Part shown: positions 26,280 to 58,964 of the stretch, one piece after another
Numbering within the stretch: the stretch's first letter is position 1
How the letters are laid out: each line of letters opens with the position of its first letter
DNA from: Macrostomum lignano
Taxonomy: Eukaryota
Length of the DNA stretch: 64,000 nucleotides
Reading direction: 5' to 3'
NCBI GenBank assembly: GCA_002269645.1
Contig: NIVC01000067.1
Location: forward strand, 186,001-250,000
The notes under the pieces: generated by a model
Database searches by the model: none
Seen by the model: only the letters and a program-made list of their open reading frames with translations
Told to the model about the DNA's origin: nothing
Translations under genes and position numbers: made by a program

Positions 26280-26820
26280 AAAATACCCCTTATATCCTTT
26301 GTTTTTAGTCGCATTAGATTTATATTAGTTCTTATAATTAATTTATAATTGTAAAATTAGACAGCTGCTGAAATTATGAGCCGGTACTTTTCTTGCCGCA
26401 ACTTTCTCCGCTGGCAGGGTTCGTGCTACCCCCGATCAGTTCCGTGCACGAACCCAGATATTTGCAAGAAAACGAAACGAAAATGCATGGCGTTGATTTA
26501 TTTCTGTTCAGATTTCTCTATACTCAAGCGACTTGAATTGTTGTATATTTATAATAAACGTTAGTATACAATAACAAGAAACCGTTAAGGTGAAAAAATT
26601 TACAGAACTGTGCAAGCAGTGTGATGGCACGCTGATCAGAGAGAAAGCAAATAGGAAAAAATATTAGTTAAAAACACGAGTTCATTGCATCCGGTCATTC
26701 ATAACGTTAACTGAGGTGTTGTGCGAAGCGCTCCGAGTCCCAATGAGTGCCAATGCAGTCGGGGCTGGTGTGCATTGCGACAGGGGCAGAACTAAACAAT
26801 TGACAATTATAAAAAGCGAT

Positions 26821-27465
26821 CACAGATCCTAGAATAACTAGATGGGCCACTCAGCTCATTTGCGTGTAAGCTACTTTCAGTTCAGTAGTGAGCTAAACAA
26901 ACATTTTATTTTACTTTTAAATGGCTCAATTTATTGGCTCTTTCCCCCCCCCCCAGCTTAAATATCATCCAACTGCGCCTTTTCACACTGCCCCCCGCCC
27001 ACCCGGCCCCAATTTTTATTGCCTTTCTCGGACTTCCAGCCAAAAGCTGCCATGTACATTTCAGTGGACTGGCTACTGTACATTACTGCTGAACCAATTA
27101 GCAAGTTGTTTACGCCTACAAGCTTGGGCTTCTAAACTTATCAAAGACACCCACCCCGCCCGCTCTGCCCAATTTTTATTGCCTGTCTCGGACTTCCAGC
27201 CTAAAGCCGCTATGTACATTTCAGTGGACTGGCTAATGTACATTACTGCTGAACCAATTAGCAAGCTGTTTACGCCTACAAGCTTGGGCTCCTACTCGTA
27301 AACTTATCAAAGTCCTTTCAGCTGGCTTTATTTTTATAAAATAGCTTATGTATTCTTCTTTGCTACTGAACTGAAATTAGAAAGCTGTTTTACTAAGAAA
27401 TACTAAGTAATACTTTTACTAAGAAATATGCATGAGTGGTCCATCTAGTTATTATAGTATCTGTG
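26821..27465 (-). mobile_element. MITE copy 2 (CACAG...CTGTG termini, 8-bp TSD AAAGCGAT) with an internal ~140-bp duplication
   Basis: TSD at 26813-26820 and 27466-27473; TIR CACAGATnCTAnAATAACTAGATGG; the block AATTTTTATTGCC...AAACTTATCAAAG occurs twice internally. Confidence 0.87.
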
Positions 27466-27759
27466 AAAGCGATCAACTTTGCGCGCGAGCTTACAGCGGG
27501 CCTGTGGCAAGAAGAGACGCGACCCTTGGGTGATTATTGACAAATATTATGTACAGTTTTGATGATTAAGGATTTATAAAGTTTTACACGAATATAAAAG
27601 CAACAAAGAGGAATAAGTTTGCTGTTCAGCTGAATGACCGACTAACACCACAGTGCTAATTCAAATCTCTTTTTTTAGATTTGCATCGATTTTGAGACAT
27701 CTTATTGAAAGCACAACAGGGCTTTGAAGTTACGCGTCAAATGCCTAATATAATCAACT

Positions 27760-28275
27760 AAAATCACCAATCTAAAATCCCCGATGCCAAATCTCAAATT
27801 AGAAATCCCAAGTTCTAATTTCCACATCCCAAATCCACAATCCCAAATCCACAATCCCAAATCCACAATCCCAAATCCCACATCCATATCTCAACTTCCA
27901 AATCCATAATAATCTCAAATCTCAAATCCAGAATATCAAATCCACAATCCCAAATCCATAATCTCAAATCCCAAATTCCAAATCCACACTTTCAAATCCC
28001 AAATCCACACTCTCAAATCCCAAATCCCAAGTCTCAAATCCCAAATCCCAAGTCTTAAATCCCAAATCCCAAGTCTCAAATCCCAAATCCCAAGTCTCAA
28101 ATCCCAAGTCCCAAGTCTCAAATCCCAAATCCCAAGTCTCAAATCCCAAATCCCAAGTCTCAAATCCCAAATCCCAAGTCTCAAATCCCAAATCCCAAGT
28201 CTCAAATCCCAAATCCCAAGTCTCAAATCCCAAATCCCAAGTCTCAAATCCCAAATCCCAAGTCTCAAATCCCAA
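27760..28275. repeat. CCCAAAT-based array maturing into a 21-bp unit (AATCCCAAATCCCAAGTCTCA)
   Basis: Direct reading; lies just 3' of the unc-5 stop codon. Confidence 0.9.
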
Positions 28276-28393
28276 TCGCGAAAGCAATGAAATCGAATAC
28301 GGACCCCCATCCCACACGCGGAGCCACAAAGCTTTGACATTAAATTGCCTAAAAACTAGACAAAAACTCTCATCCCTGTCGAAGGTGCCAGTC

Positions 28394-47030
<18,637 letters not shown>

Positions 47031-47134
47031 ATTGAAACAACACAGACAACAGTTGGATCGGAGCCAACAATAGTCAGCAAGTTGCAATTCCTGCCACTAC
47101 AAGCTGTTCTCAGTTTCTTCAATCGGCGGGGCTG

Positions 47135-47233
47135 TTATAAAACCACGAGAAGCCGCTCACTCTCTCCCTCCACTCCTCCCCAGCATTACAAGCGTCAAAA
47201 GCTTGCAAACCTGCGTCGAAGAAATCGGATTGG
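47135..47233 (-). promoter_or_regulatory. Putative proximal unc-5 promoter (CCAAT plus TATA-like)
   Basis: Minus-strand CCAAT at 47233-47229 and TTTATAA at about 47142-47136, roughly 105 nt before the ATG. Motif evidence only. Confidence 0.35.
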
Positions 47234-49429
47234 CCCAGGCCAGTCAGCCAATACCGGTCCTGCCTATAGTGTATAATGCCAAATTGCAACAGCCCTAAAC
47301 TATAGTCAAAGCCCGGCTTGTCATTCTTAAGCCCCATGTTGAATTTGCTTCATAATATAGTAACACGCGTTGCTAAGTTTGAGTCTGAGCGGGGAAGCGT
47401 TAAGGGCCAGAGCGAGAGAGTTAGAAAGTGGAAGTCCGATAGACCCATTGAGCTGAGAGGCGTGTTTTTTTACGTTACATGAAAATACAACTGCATGGAC
47501 AGGACTAAACAGTGCGCACCGCATTGAGCACGCAATGTTTGGACAATGGCTCTCAAGGAAACAACAACTCTTACAAGTCAGTCCGTCTCTCCACTCTCCT
47601 CTTCTCTCTTCACTTAGGAGTCGATTGACTTTCTCTCCCCATATACACTGCATCAGCAGCTTATAACATTAATAGACTCACTTGGCTATGCCTATAATTA
47701 TTGAGTCAAGGCGCAGCTCATTGAGTTAAGTTTACATTTTTCTCTCGATACATGTAGAATTGGAGCCTCCCTTTATCCCTCTGCGTCTTCCTCCTACGGG
47801 TCTAAGCATAGACAATTGATTACGTAAGGTCGCAGACAATAATGTTTTTGATAAAGTATCATTGCTCGCGTGCTTTTACTGCGGTTTCTGTAATATAATC
47901 CGTATTGATGCTAAGGAGAATAATTGCTTTCCCAAGAAATTGTTCCAGTCAAGTGAAGGCAGTTCGAGAAACACCGCATGAGAGCAAAGCAGTAAGCAGC
48001 TCAGTTTTGCCTTGTCGTTTCTCTCTCTCCCCCACTGGTGATGAAACTTTACGACCGACGTAATAAAATCGCTACTGCTGAGCAATGCAGCATTTTTGAG
48101 CAGCATTGTGCAAGGAGTGACTAGCGCGGGTGTGAGTAGGTGAGCGACCTCTGCTGCTGCTATGCATGCCTGTATATTAGTCAGGCAGGGAACCTTGTAA
48201 AACCCGGATTAGGCATAGTCCTGCATAAGCCATATTTGGATCAGGCAGTCTTTATCCCACTTTCATTATTGCTCTCCCTGTCTCTCGGCCCTATAGCCTG
48301 TATTAAAATGGCTACGGACTTAGCAGTCCACAAGGTCAGGTGCTGAGTGAGGTGGGCTCTCCCCTCTCAAGCCCCAGTGAGGCATATAAAACATGAAATA
48401 AAGCCAAGCTTTATACTACTGGGAAGCTTGCAGTGACACCACTTCAGCTCACAATGTCCAGCTGCCATCTCTTGACTGCGAAGCGGGCGTTAAAACAATG
48501 CCCCTCCCCGCCAGAGCGGACAACAAAGTGAGAAGGCGGAGGCGGGGTTGCCCGGTGGCAATATAGCAGAACTGGTGCGCGCGATTTTATTGCCTCCGCT
48601 GCAGTTGGCTGATCTGAGAGCCCGATTCGAGCGATCAAAAGACAGCTGGAGGAGCACGAACTGCTGATTCAGCTTGGGCTTGACCTGCCTCTCAACTATT
48701 ATAGTAATATTACTAAAAATAAGTGCTGCACTGTACACATGCTTTGAACATTTGTTTCAAGATTGACAGGCATCGCACAAAGAATCCCAGTCTGTATCGA
48801 GGAAAATTTCAGACTAGGATAAGAAGTAAGAAGTTAAGAACACAACTATCACGTGAATGGTAACTCGTGTTTTAATAAAAAGGAGCCAAAATAAATGTAC
48901 AGGTTGTGACACTCCCTCTCATTGAATAAGTTCAAAACGTCAAAACAGTTCAATTGTAAACACTTGTAAGTTTTCGTCATTTTCGAACAAAATTCGTCAA
49001 CGCAGACGCTCAGAATTTGACATGTGTCTATATGGCATAAAGCTGAGCACAGTAGTTTTCAATTCGACAAGTGACCTGTGTCCCTACAGCCAGATTGTAT
49101 TCCTGTCTCCCCCTTGTCCCTCCCCTCTTTTCTTCCACTCTCGCAATTCTCCTTAGATATGCTATTCGGTGGACCGTTCGAAATTCGTTCGAAGTTTTCA
49201 ACAAGGAAAAGACTGGAGGCAGCTCACAATTGCACTTGAACTAGGGAGCTCGACGAATGACAAGAGCTCAGGGACAGGAGAGCCCACCAAGACACCAAAT
49301 ATTTGTGTCCCTTAGCGCACACTCGTGTCATAAGGTGTTGCTGGACGGTAAAGCCGTGCGTCGACATAATTGACTAACTATTTCGCCGTTCTTATCGTGA
49401 GACGTCACACTTCTTTGAAGAGGAGACAG

Positions 49430-49650
49430 GAGAGATGAGAGGATAGAGGAGAGAGGAGGGATAAAAGAGTACAGAGGAAATAGAAGAGAGAGACGAGAGA
49501 TGAAAGATCAGAGAGATGAGACAGATAAGACAGTAGAGGAGAGAAAGTAGTGAGGAGAAAGAATAGGATAAAGATGAGAGCGCAGAGAGGAGAGATAAGA
49601 GATGAGAGACTAGAAATGAGAGAGCAAAGAGGAGAGAGCAGACAGGAGAG
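49430..49650. repeat. GA-rich low-complexity tract
   Basis: Direct reading. Confidence 0.8.
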
Positions 49651-50499
49651 GCTGGGTCTGGAGTCTGGACAATGACAGTCAGTTTTTGCAAACAGGGAAA
49701 ACAAGATATGGTGTTTGAAAGGTTTTGTAGAGGATTTGGAGACGATTTGGAAGATGGGATTCAAGTCATGTGATTTCAGGGAATAGAGTTTCGGCGATGG
49801 GAGTTCTTCCCCTTCCTCCTCCGAAGGAGGAGTTTCACTCGTGTTTAATGTTTCCTCGTTTCCTGATAATCTAGTAAATTTTATATTAGAAGCTTGCGGA
49901 AATGTGGCTTCTATGATAAAAACAAGCATTATTGAAGTCAATATTGCTTAGTGTTATTTTGGCATGACGAACAGGAAAGAACTCTGTCGAACTCAGGTGT
50001 CTCGCGTATAGACTGCAAAAATACAATATTATCAGTGTCTAAGGCTTTAAGTCGAGGACAGCTCTGGCTGACCATCCGGCAGCTTGAAGTTAGGAATTGC
50101 TCCTGTTGCAGCCGAACCAAAAAGGCTCATTTCCTCTACAGAGTTCGAACGGAAGCGGCTGTCCAATCTAATAAGCGGCACAATTTCATAATTCCAGGCA
50201 TTGGGCGCTGCGACTGAAAGTCAATCCCGTAATTGAGAATCAAATATCCGCCTCCCTCCGCAGAGATCTTTTTCTAATCTTCTGCACGGCGGAATTAGGA
50301 TTGTCTTAAGCTGGGATTCGAGTTTAGGAGGCAAGCAATTCGTTAGATAGATCGAGTATCAATCTATTTCATTGCATTTGGGGGCAGCGCAACTGAGATG
50401 GCGACTATAAGTTCACTCCTAGCTCTATGCCACGCAGACTGACTTGCAACCGACTCCGCGCCTGTATGCCTAATCAACTTCAAAATATCTTCCAAACCT

Positions 50500-51190
50500 C
50501 TCCTTCCTATACTTTCGTTGCTGTCTCCCTCCTCTCCTTCCTTTTCCTCTTCTCCCGAATCTTTTCTTCATTCTCCCTAATCTTCTCTTCATTCTTCTCC
50601 CGAATCTTCGCTTCATTCTTTTACCTAATCTTCTCTTCATTCTTCTCCCTGATCTTCTCTTCATCTTCTCCCAAATCTTCTCCTTTCTCTTCCCCATAAT
50701 CATCTCTTCATTCTTCTTCCTAATCTTCTCCTTTCGCTTCCCCATAATCTTCTCTTCATTATTCTCCCTAATCTTCTCTTCATTCTTCTCCAAAATCTTC
50801 TCCTTTCTCTTCCCCATAATCATCTCTTCATTCTTCTCCCAAATCTTCTCCTTTCTCTTCCCCATAATCATCTCTTCATTCTTCTCCCAAATCTTCTCCT
50901 TTCTCTTCCCCATAATCATCTCTTCATTCTTCTTCCTAATCTTCTCCTTTCTCCTCCCCATAATCTTTTCTTCATTCTTCTCCCTAATCTTCTCTTCATT
51001 ATTCTCCCTAATCTTCTCTTCATTATTCTCCCTAATCTTCTCTTCATTCTTCTCCCTAATCTTATCTTACTTCTTCTCTCTAATCTTCATTATTCTCCCT
51101 AATCTTCTCTTCATTATTCTCCCTAATATTATCTTTCTTCTTCTCCCTAATCTTCTCTTCATTCTTCTCCCGAATCTTCTCTTCCTTCCT
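50500..51190. repeat. CT-rich ~24-bp degenerate minisatellite (ATCTTCTCTTCATTCTTCTCCCTA)
   Basis: Direct reading. Confidence 0.9.
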
Positions 51191-52833
51191 ATTCTCTCAT
51201 TTTGACATCTCTCACAATCTCTCTCCGTGTATCTCAGGTAATTCGTCGCTTTCATATCCAGTATATACTGCTTCATCTCTCCTCCACTCGCAGTTCCTCG
51301 TACATCATTACCCTCTCAAGACGAAAGTCAAGCACCCGCGGCCCGTAGCAGGCAGGGATCCTGCTTCTTTGGATTTCAAGGTCAACGCATCCCCAGCTTT
51401 CAGATCGCTCTGTCAGATTCCGATGAAGCCCAGACGCCCAGACGCGAGCAGAGAAAAATTAAGGCAAAATTGATGAGCTAGTAAAAGCAGACTAATTATC
51501 AACTTTAAGGCCCTTGAGGCCATGGTCTGCATGGCACTCACAGAGCTTCTGGATAATTAGAAAAATCTGCAAACACTGACCGCAACCAAGCCCCAAATAC
51601 TATGCTGCTGTCTATCCACTGTTTGTTGTTAACACCTGCCTCAGAAATAATTAGGGGGGATGGGGAAGCCATGGATACTATATGAGAGAGTCAGATTCTG
51701 CCGGCTCCCCTCTTAATAAGTTGGCTCTACTGCCCCCTCGCTGTGTGGCGATGCGCTGCACAGATAAAAGCATCTAACTAACTAAAAGCAAACTTTGCGC
51801 TTCTTTTTGCCTAACTTTTTACCTGGACACCGACACGTACGCAACACTTTCCTGTAACCTACAGCAGTCCTGTCTCAGCTGAAATAAAAAACTTCTATGG
51901 AAACTATAACTATCTCACTAGGCTATACCATGCACTCGGTATCTCCAACGATTTATTTGGCTTTAAAATGAGACAAAGTTTAGATAAATATGTTTGACCA
52001 AACTGAAGAGTTCGTACTTCAAATACTCCTTTGAGGTCTGCTTAGCTGATCAAAGTGAACATAGTGCCACAAACTAAATCACAGAGCTGTTTTTTGACAG
52101 CTAAATTGACAATATCCACTGAATTCGTCTAAAAGTAGTCTAAAGAGTCCTTTTATTCGACCGTAATTTAGTTGTCAAGCAAGTTATCTGGAATTTTAAT
52201 GACTTTCTTTGAGAAGAAATCTGAACTAAGGTATGTCTCGTTGGTAAATATAGTTTTTGCCAAAATCGAAGTACACTTTCCTATCCCGATCAAGTGCTTT
52301 TTTAGTCTTCTCTCTGTGGCTGATGTCCGTGTACATTATTATTATTATCCTTCTATTGCCGGGCTTGTAAATTTTGCGGAACAAATAAACATGATAGCTC
52401 GTAATAAACACACTTGACGTCTGTCTGAGAGGCAGAAAAATGGTGCATCGGCACTAAAAATCCTTGCTTACTTATCATTTAACAGCAACAGCAAACTCGA
52501 TGGCTTGAATTATAATAATGCCTTATTACAGAACCGACTGTTTCGTGTAGCAACCGGGGTAGCAACCAAACCAAGCATGCAGACATTAACTGCGTTACAG
52601 CATAGATCTGCACTACAAGATACGCAGTTTGTGTTAGCTTTCCAGCCAGACAAAGACAAGGCTAGCTGTTATAGGACCATGATAAGAGCGATGCATGGAT
52701 CAGGTGCCACGTTCATATAATACCAGCCAGACAGGTGCTGCCTATAGAGTGCCGGATTAGCATTTGCGACCGAATTGTAAGTTCTCCTGAGCCGAACAAC
52801 ACTTCCCAAATCGGGGTTGGTCTCGATTTTAAC

Positions 52834-52963
52834 CCTCCAGTTCTTATCGGACAAATCCTTCAAGCCTTAGATATATGTTAGCTTTGGCCTGCCCATATAC
52901 TGACAAATTTTAATGACCGCAGCAAGATGCTGGCCATAGCCCCTCAATCCTCCTTTTGCGATT
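52834..52963 (-). mobile_element. Possible decayed 3' end of an RTE-like LINE ORF
   Basis: Translation across a frameshift and a stop gives RKRR/LRGYGQHL ... GRPKLTYI*...DKNWR, resembling the RRLRxxGH...GRPxxT...DRxxWR C-terminus of RTE reverse transcriptases. Short and degenerate; needs a Dfam/Repbase search. Confidence 0.3.
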
Positions 52964-53499
52964 CCCTGCAGTCAAAGGATCGAACAAAGAGCTTACAAGC
53001 CTGGCTTCGGCTTCTTCCTATACGGAAGCGGCGGTCTCGGATAAAGATCAGGACCTGCATTCGGTTGAATGAATGGAGCCTGCAGGCCGCTCTCTGACAC
53101 ACGCACTCACTCACTCCCACTCACTCACTCTCCCTTTTGAACATGCCTTTTCAGGATGAAAAGTTATGATTTCGTCTGCGGATGCAGCAGTGAATGGATG
53201 AGGTTTGCCATTACTTACAAGTCTTGCCTTTAATGAGGTGGTTAGGATACCAAAACGAAAGCGACCCAGCACAGAGGTTGCGTTGCGGGGAGCCTTTTTC
53301 GTAAAAAAAATCGGGCATCCTCGATATCCCACTAAATAAACTGTACGGAGGCTTTAAGACACTCGATGGGAAGGGAGGGGGCCACCCACCGTGCGTAAAC
53401 AATATGAAGTTGAAATCGGGAATTGGAAAGAACTGGGAACTAAATATAGTCTTTCAATATACTTTTTTAATATTTTCTTTTCGGTTTTCAATTAGAAAA

Positions 53500-53757
<258 letters not shown>

Positions 53758-54649
53758 CTTAGCGGCTGACTGTCGGTCTATCCGTCCAATGCAATCGTTA
53801 GAAAAGCTCTAAGCAAGACTAAAGTATGATGCTGTTTGATAAGTTTATTAAAAAGAGTCTACAGCGCTGCTCACTGCACAGTCGTCGCCCGATTCTATGG
53901 GGAATCACAAATATGTAATAAATTTCCGACGTATCAAAGCTCCTAGACCCAGACATCCATCCAGCCGCACACTGCCCGACAAGGGCTTGTCTTGCTAGAA
54001 GCCCCGGGCCAAATACAGAACTGGTCCCCACCCTCCCCCTTTATCTGTGCCGTTAATCTGTGAAAGCCTCTCTTAACTGATTACGTCACTCACAGAATCC
54101 TTTATCGCCACAAAGCCTGCACACTGGCGCATCGCATCACAGAGAGGCCCCTGGCAGCCTTGCGCCCAGACCTAACTTGAAACATCGGTTATCATTTCTG
54201 TAGAGATTATAGAGCTGACAGGAAGCGACGGAAACTTGAACCCCCGCATATCAAGCACCATCATGTCCCTTGGCCATGTCACTTGTACCATGTTACCATC
54301 TACATCTGATTGGGACTTAGCATGGACACGAAAATGAAAATGGCAGTAAAAGTTGCACAGTTCCAGGTGTTTTTAAAAATTCTGACTAAATAAGGCCCTA
54401 ATTTATTGTAGATTAAAAATGTTAGCAAATAATGGCAGTATAATACTACTTAAAAGTAGCAATAAAGCAGTTTAGTAGCTCAGCATGAGAGTAACGAAAC
54501 ACCCCGAAATCTTTGGCTCCAGAAACGCTAGAATTAAGCTGCTAAGCTGCTTGAAACGCTACTGCTGGCAAGTAGTATAGTGATTATGTTGGTCAAGTAG
54601 TAAGATATTTTTTTTGAAACTAGGGACTAAACGAGTGTAAACAAAATTA

Positions 54650-55160
54650 ATGTCTCCGCTACCCTCCCTCTGTTCCTTCACTGGGACTCCATTACCCTCC
54701 CTCTGTTCCTTCACTGGGACTCCGCTACCCTCCCTCTGTTCCTTCACTGGGACTCCGCTACCCTCCCTCTATTCCTTCCCTGGGACTCCGCTACCATCCC
54801 TCTGTTCCTTCACTGGGACTCCGCTACCCTCCCTCTGTTCCTTCACTGGGACTCCGCTACCCTCCCTCTGTTCCTTGCTTGGAACTCCGCTACCATCCCT
54901 CTGTTCCTTGCTTGGAACTCCGCTACCCTCCCTCTGTTCCTTGCTTGGAACTCCGCTACCCTCCCTCTGTTCCTTGCTTGGAACTCCGCTACCCTCCCTC
55001 TGTTCCTTGCTTGGAACTCCGCTACCCTCCCTCTGTTCCTTGCTTGGAACTCCGCTACCCTCCCTCTGTTCATTACTGGGACTCCGCTACCCTCCCTCTG
55101 TTCCTTCACTGGGACTCAGCTACCCTCTCTCTGTTCCTTCACTGGGACTCCGCTTCACTC
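54650..55160. repeat. 33-bp minisatellite (GGGACTCCGCTACCCTCCCTCTGTTCCTTCACT and a GCTT variant)
   Basis: About 15 copies, direct reading. Confidence 0.95.
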
Positions 55161-55829
55161 CTTCTTTCACGTTCACACACCGATAGAATTCAGTCATGAT
55201 TTCGGAGCCAGTGGCACTACAGACAGACAGGTCTTGTGGATTTACACAAAACAGCATTATCCACTCGTAGCGATGGTGACGGGATATCCGAGTTTAGGTT
55301 AGTTTTTCGCTTAGTAGATTATCTAAAGCTACCTGACAAAAATACAAGATTGATGACTGTGCAATGCAAATTTGGTAATCTGATTGGATCTAAAATAGGT
55401 AAAAAACAAATTTGAACCCACCATTACCTACAAAATCACGAAAGTTTATCCCTAAAACTTTATTTATGCCAAAAAACAGTTGACATCGCCTTTGTTTGCG
55501 TCATCAGTCACCAAGGTCGTTGCCAAGAGAAATATTGTGGTGACCATTTTTTTACGAGAATAACACTGATGGATTCGCGCCAAATTTTAAGTTGACAGAT
55601 GCGACAAGCTGGCACTGGCTGCCAAGGATGAGCGATAGACATTCTGACCTCTCTGTGTGTTGGCAAGTATTAGTATGCCCTACTATGATTGACCTTCTAA
55701 TGTAATCAATGCTAATCCTAAATCACACTAAGTAATCATTTAGAGTGTGACCTAAAATAGTCTGCAAGGGTGAAATATGAGTTAAGGTAAGAAAAGGAGG
55801 GGAAATGGATGTACTTGACGATAATCAGA

Positions 55830-56520
55830 GAGAGCGAAAGCAGAAAGGGAGAGTGGAGAGGGGAGAGCGGACAGGGAGACTGGAGGATGGAGAGGGAGTG
55901 GAGAGTGAGAGTGAAGGATTGAGATGGAGAGGGGAGAGGGGAGAGTGGAGAGTGAGAGTGAAGGATGGAGCGTGAGAGGGAGAGAGGAGAGTGGAGAGTG
56001 AGAGGGAGAGTGGAGAGTGAGAGTGGAGGATGGAGAGGGAGAGGGGAGAGAGGAGAGTGGAGAGTGAGAGGGAGAGTGGAGAGTGAGAGTGGAGGATGGA
56101 GAGGGAGAGGGGAGAGAGGAGAGTAGAGAGTGAGAGGGAGAGAGGAGAGTGGAGAGTGAGGGAGAGTGGAGAGTGAGAGTGTAGGATGGAGAGGGAGAGG
56201 GGAGAGAGGAAAGTAGAGAGTGAGAGGGAGAGTGGAGAGTGAGAGTGGAGGATGGAGAGGGAGAGGTGAGAGAGGAGAGTGAGAGTGAAGGATTGAGATG
56301 GAGAGGGGAGAGGGGAGAGTGGAGAGTGAGAGTGAAGGATGGAGAGTGAGAGGGAGAGAGGAGAGTGGAGAGTGAGAGTGGAGGATGGAGAGGGAGAGGG
56401 GAGTGAGAATGAAGGATGGAGAGGGAGAGGGAGAGGGGAGAGTGAGGGATGGAGAGGTGAGGGTGGAGAGGGTGAGTGGAGAGAAGAGAGGAGAGAAGAG
56501 AATGAATGTAGATAGTGAGC
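55830..56520. repeat. Purine-rich GAGAGTG/GGAGAG composite array
   Basis: About 700 bp with almost no C on the plus strand. Confidence 0.9.
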
Positions 56521-57474
56521 AGAGGTAGAGTGAAGATAGAAAGTAGAAGAGACGAGAAAAATGAGTTAGAGTAGAGGTAAAGTGGAGGAGAGGTAGTCTA
56601 CATTAAGAAGGCTAAACTATAGGTTACCAAAAAATTCATGAACCCGTCCAAAAATATAAAGATGATTTACATGCACTGAGGTCATCAGGGGGCTGTCTTT
56701 TATCAATGACGAAGAAAAATTAAGAACGGATCAACTGCTTGAAGAGATAGAGGATAAAGTAGGACTTTTTGTTTTGATATTGCTTTTAGCTAGAGTCAGA
56801 GCGAGAGTCAGACTGAGTGCCTGTGTCAATGTCAAGCATTCGAGTATGTACGAGTAAATGAGGGATCCCTCAATTAGATTCCCATGCTGCTTTTTTAGCA
56901 TTGTTTTCATAGCCAGTTGATCTTAAATACGAAGTAGCGACAGACAACACAACAGACCAGTGCGTCACCACATCTACAGAGCCTCGATCAGTCAGCACAC
57001 GCCATCTATACAGATATGATATTCGGGAACCTTCGATAAAAAACCGTGAAATGCGTTATCCGCGCAAATGGTCGTGTGTGCGGACTCTGCATGGCATCCA
57101 CGTGCTTCACTGATGGTATTATTACTGCTGCATGCTGCAGGAGCTGTTCTAGAAAATCTTGAAACCCCATTTGCGCGGCGTGCCCCCCCCCCCTCACTCT
57201 CTCAGGACGCAAACATTTTGGATAAACGAAAGTGACAAGCGTTGCTTTTGCTGCTGCTGTTGCTGCTTCTCCGAGACGGGAACGGGGAGCGCTCAAGCGT
57301 GCTTTTTTGCAACAGGTCTGTCCGTCTGTCAACCATGCAAGGCTGCGCAGCATTTAAAGTTGCCTCCCTCCTCTCACGATTGCTTGGTCATTTTGCATAT
57401 TGTTAAACGATATTGCTTTTTAGCCTAACCGAATTATTAGTTAAGTAATGGCATTAGGTAGACCGTTGGATTCC

Positions 57475-58205
<731 letters not shown>

Positions 58206-58964
58206 AGTATACGCTTATTCCAATCCCACGTGCCACCCAAAATGTAGGGTTAGGCGGACTCGGACACCTTGAAAAATGATTGCTCTGTAAAAAGAAACGG
58301 TGCAATTCCCGCGTATCAAGTTTCATAATTGTCTTTCAATGTTCAACAAGTCTGTCAATTCAAAGTGGTAATTATTAAATTATTTAACATTTCATTTCAT
58401 GGCTGCTCTTAGCTCAGTATTTGCGTGTTAAGTAAGTACCTCGAGCCAACGCCTCAACTTTGAGTTTCGAATAGTTCGATCAAGGGGTGTGTATAATTAT
58501 AGGCCTGTATAGAAGCCAGGGCTTTCTTCTTAAGCTTCTTCAGTTGCATCGCATAGTTACTATTTTAGACTATATGGGGGATATCTGAGATGCACGATAT
58601 TATCAGTGGCCGCCCTAGGGCAGACTACTGGCTTTACATATTCATAGCTTTTACATGTCATTTCTAAATCTACTTGACTACCCTGCATACTTATATATTT
58701 CATATTTAGATCTGCATTGCATTGTGCGACATACGACCATCATGGTGATAATGGCGATCGGATATGGCGATCGGATTTAATTTATACGGGTTGACATCAC
58801 TGGAAACTAGGCAATGACAACTGGCAAGACTCGCGTACATCATGAAGTATAAGATCCTTCTGAGGGAGCCTCTGCTATTGTTGTTACCATTTCAGACTTC
58901 AGTCATGCCACTCATTGGATCATGGCATAGATTACTTTTCGGTGAAAATGACAGATTATGAAAT

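Noticed and set aside
49400-50220. ORFs with LRR-like snippets (CPRLKALD, FPCLQKLTV)
   Set aside because: The fragments lie in different frames separated by stops and merge into a GA-rich tract; no consistent domain or splice pattern.
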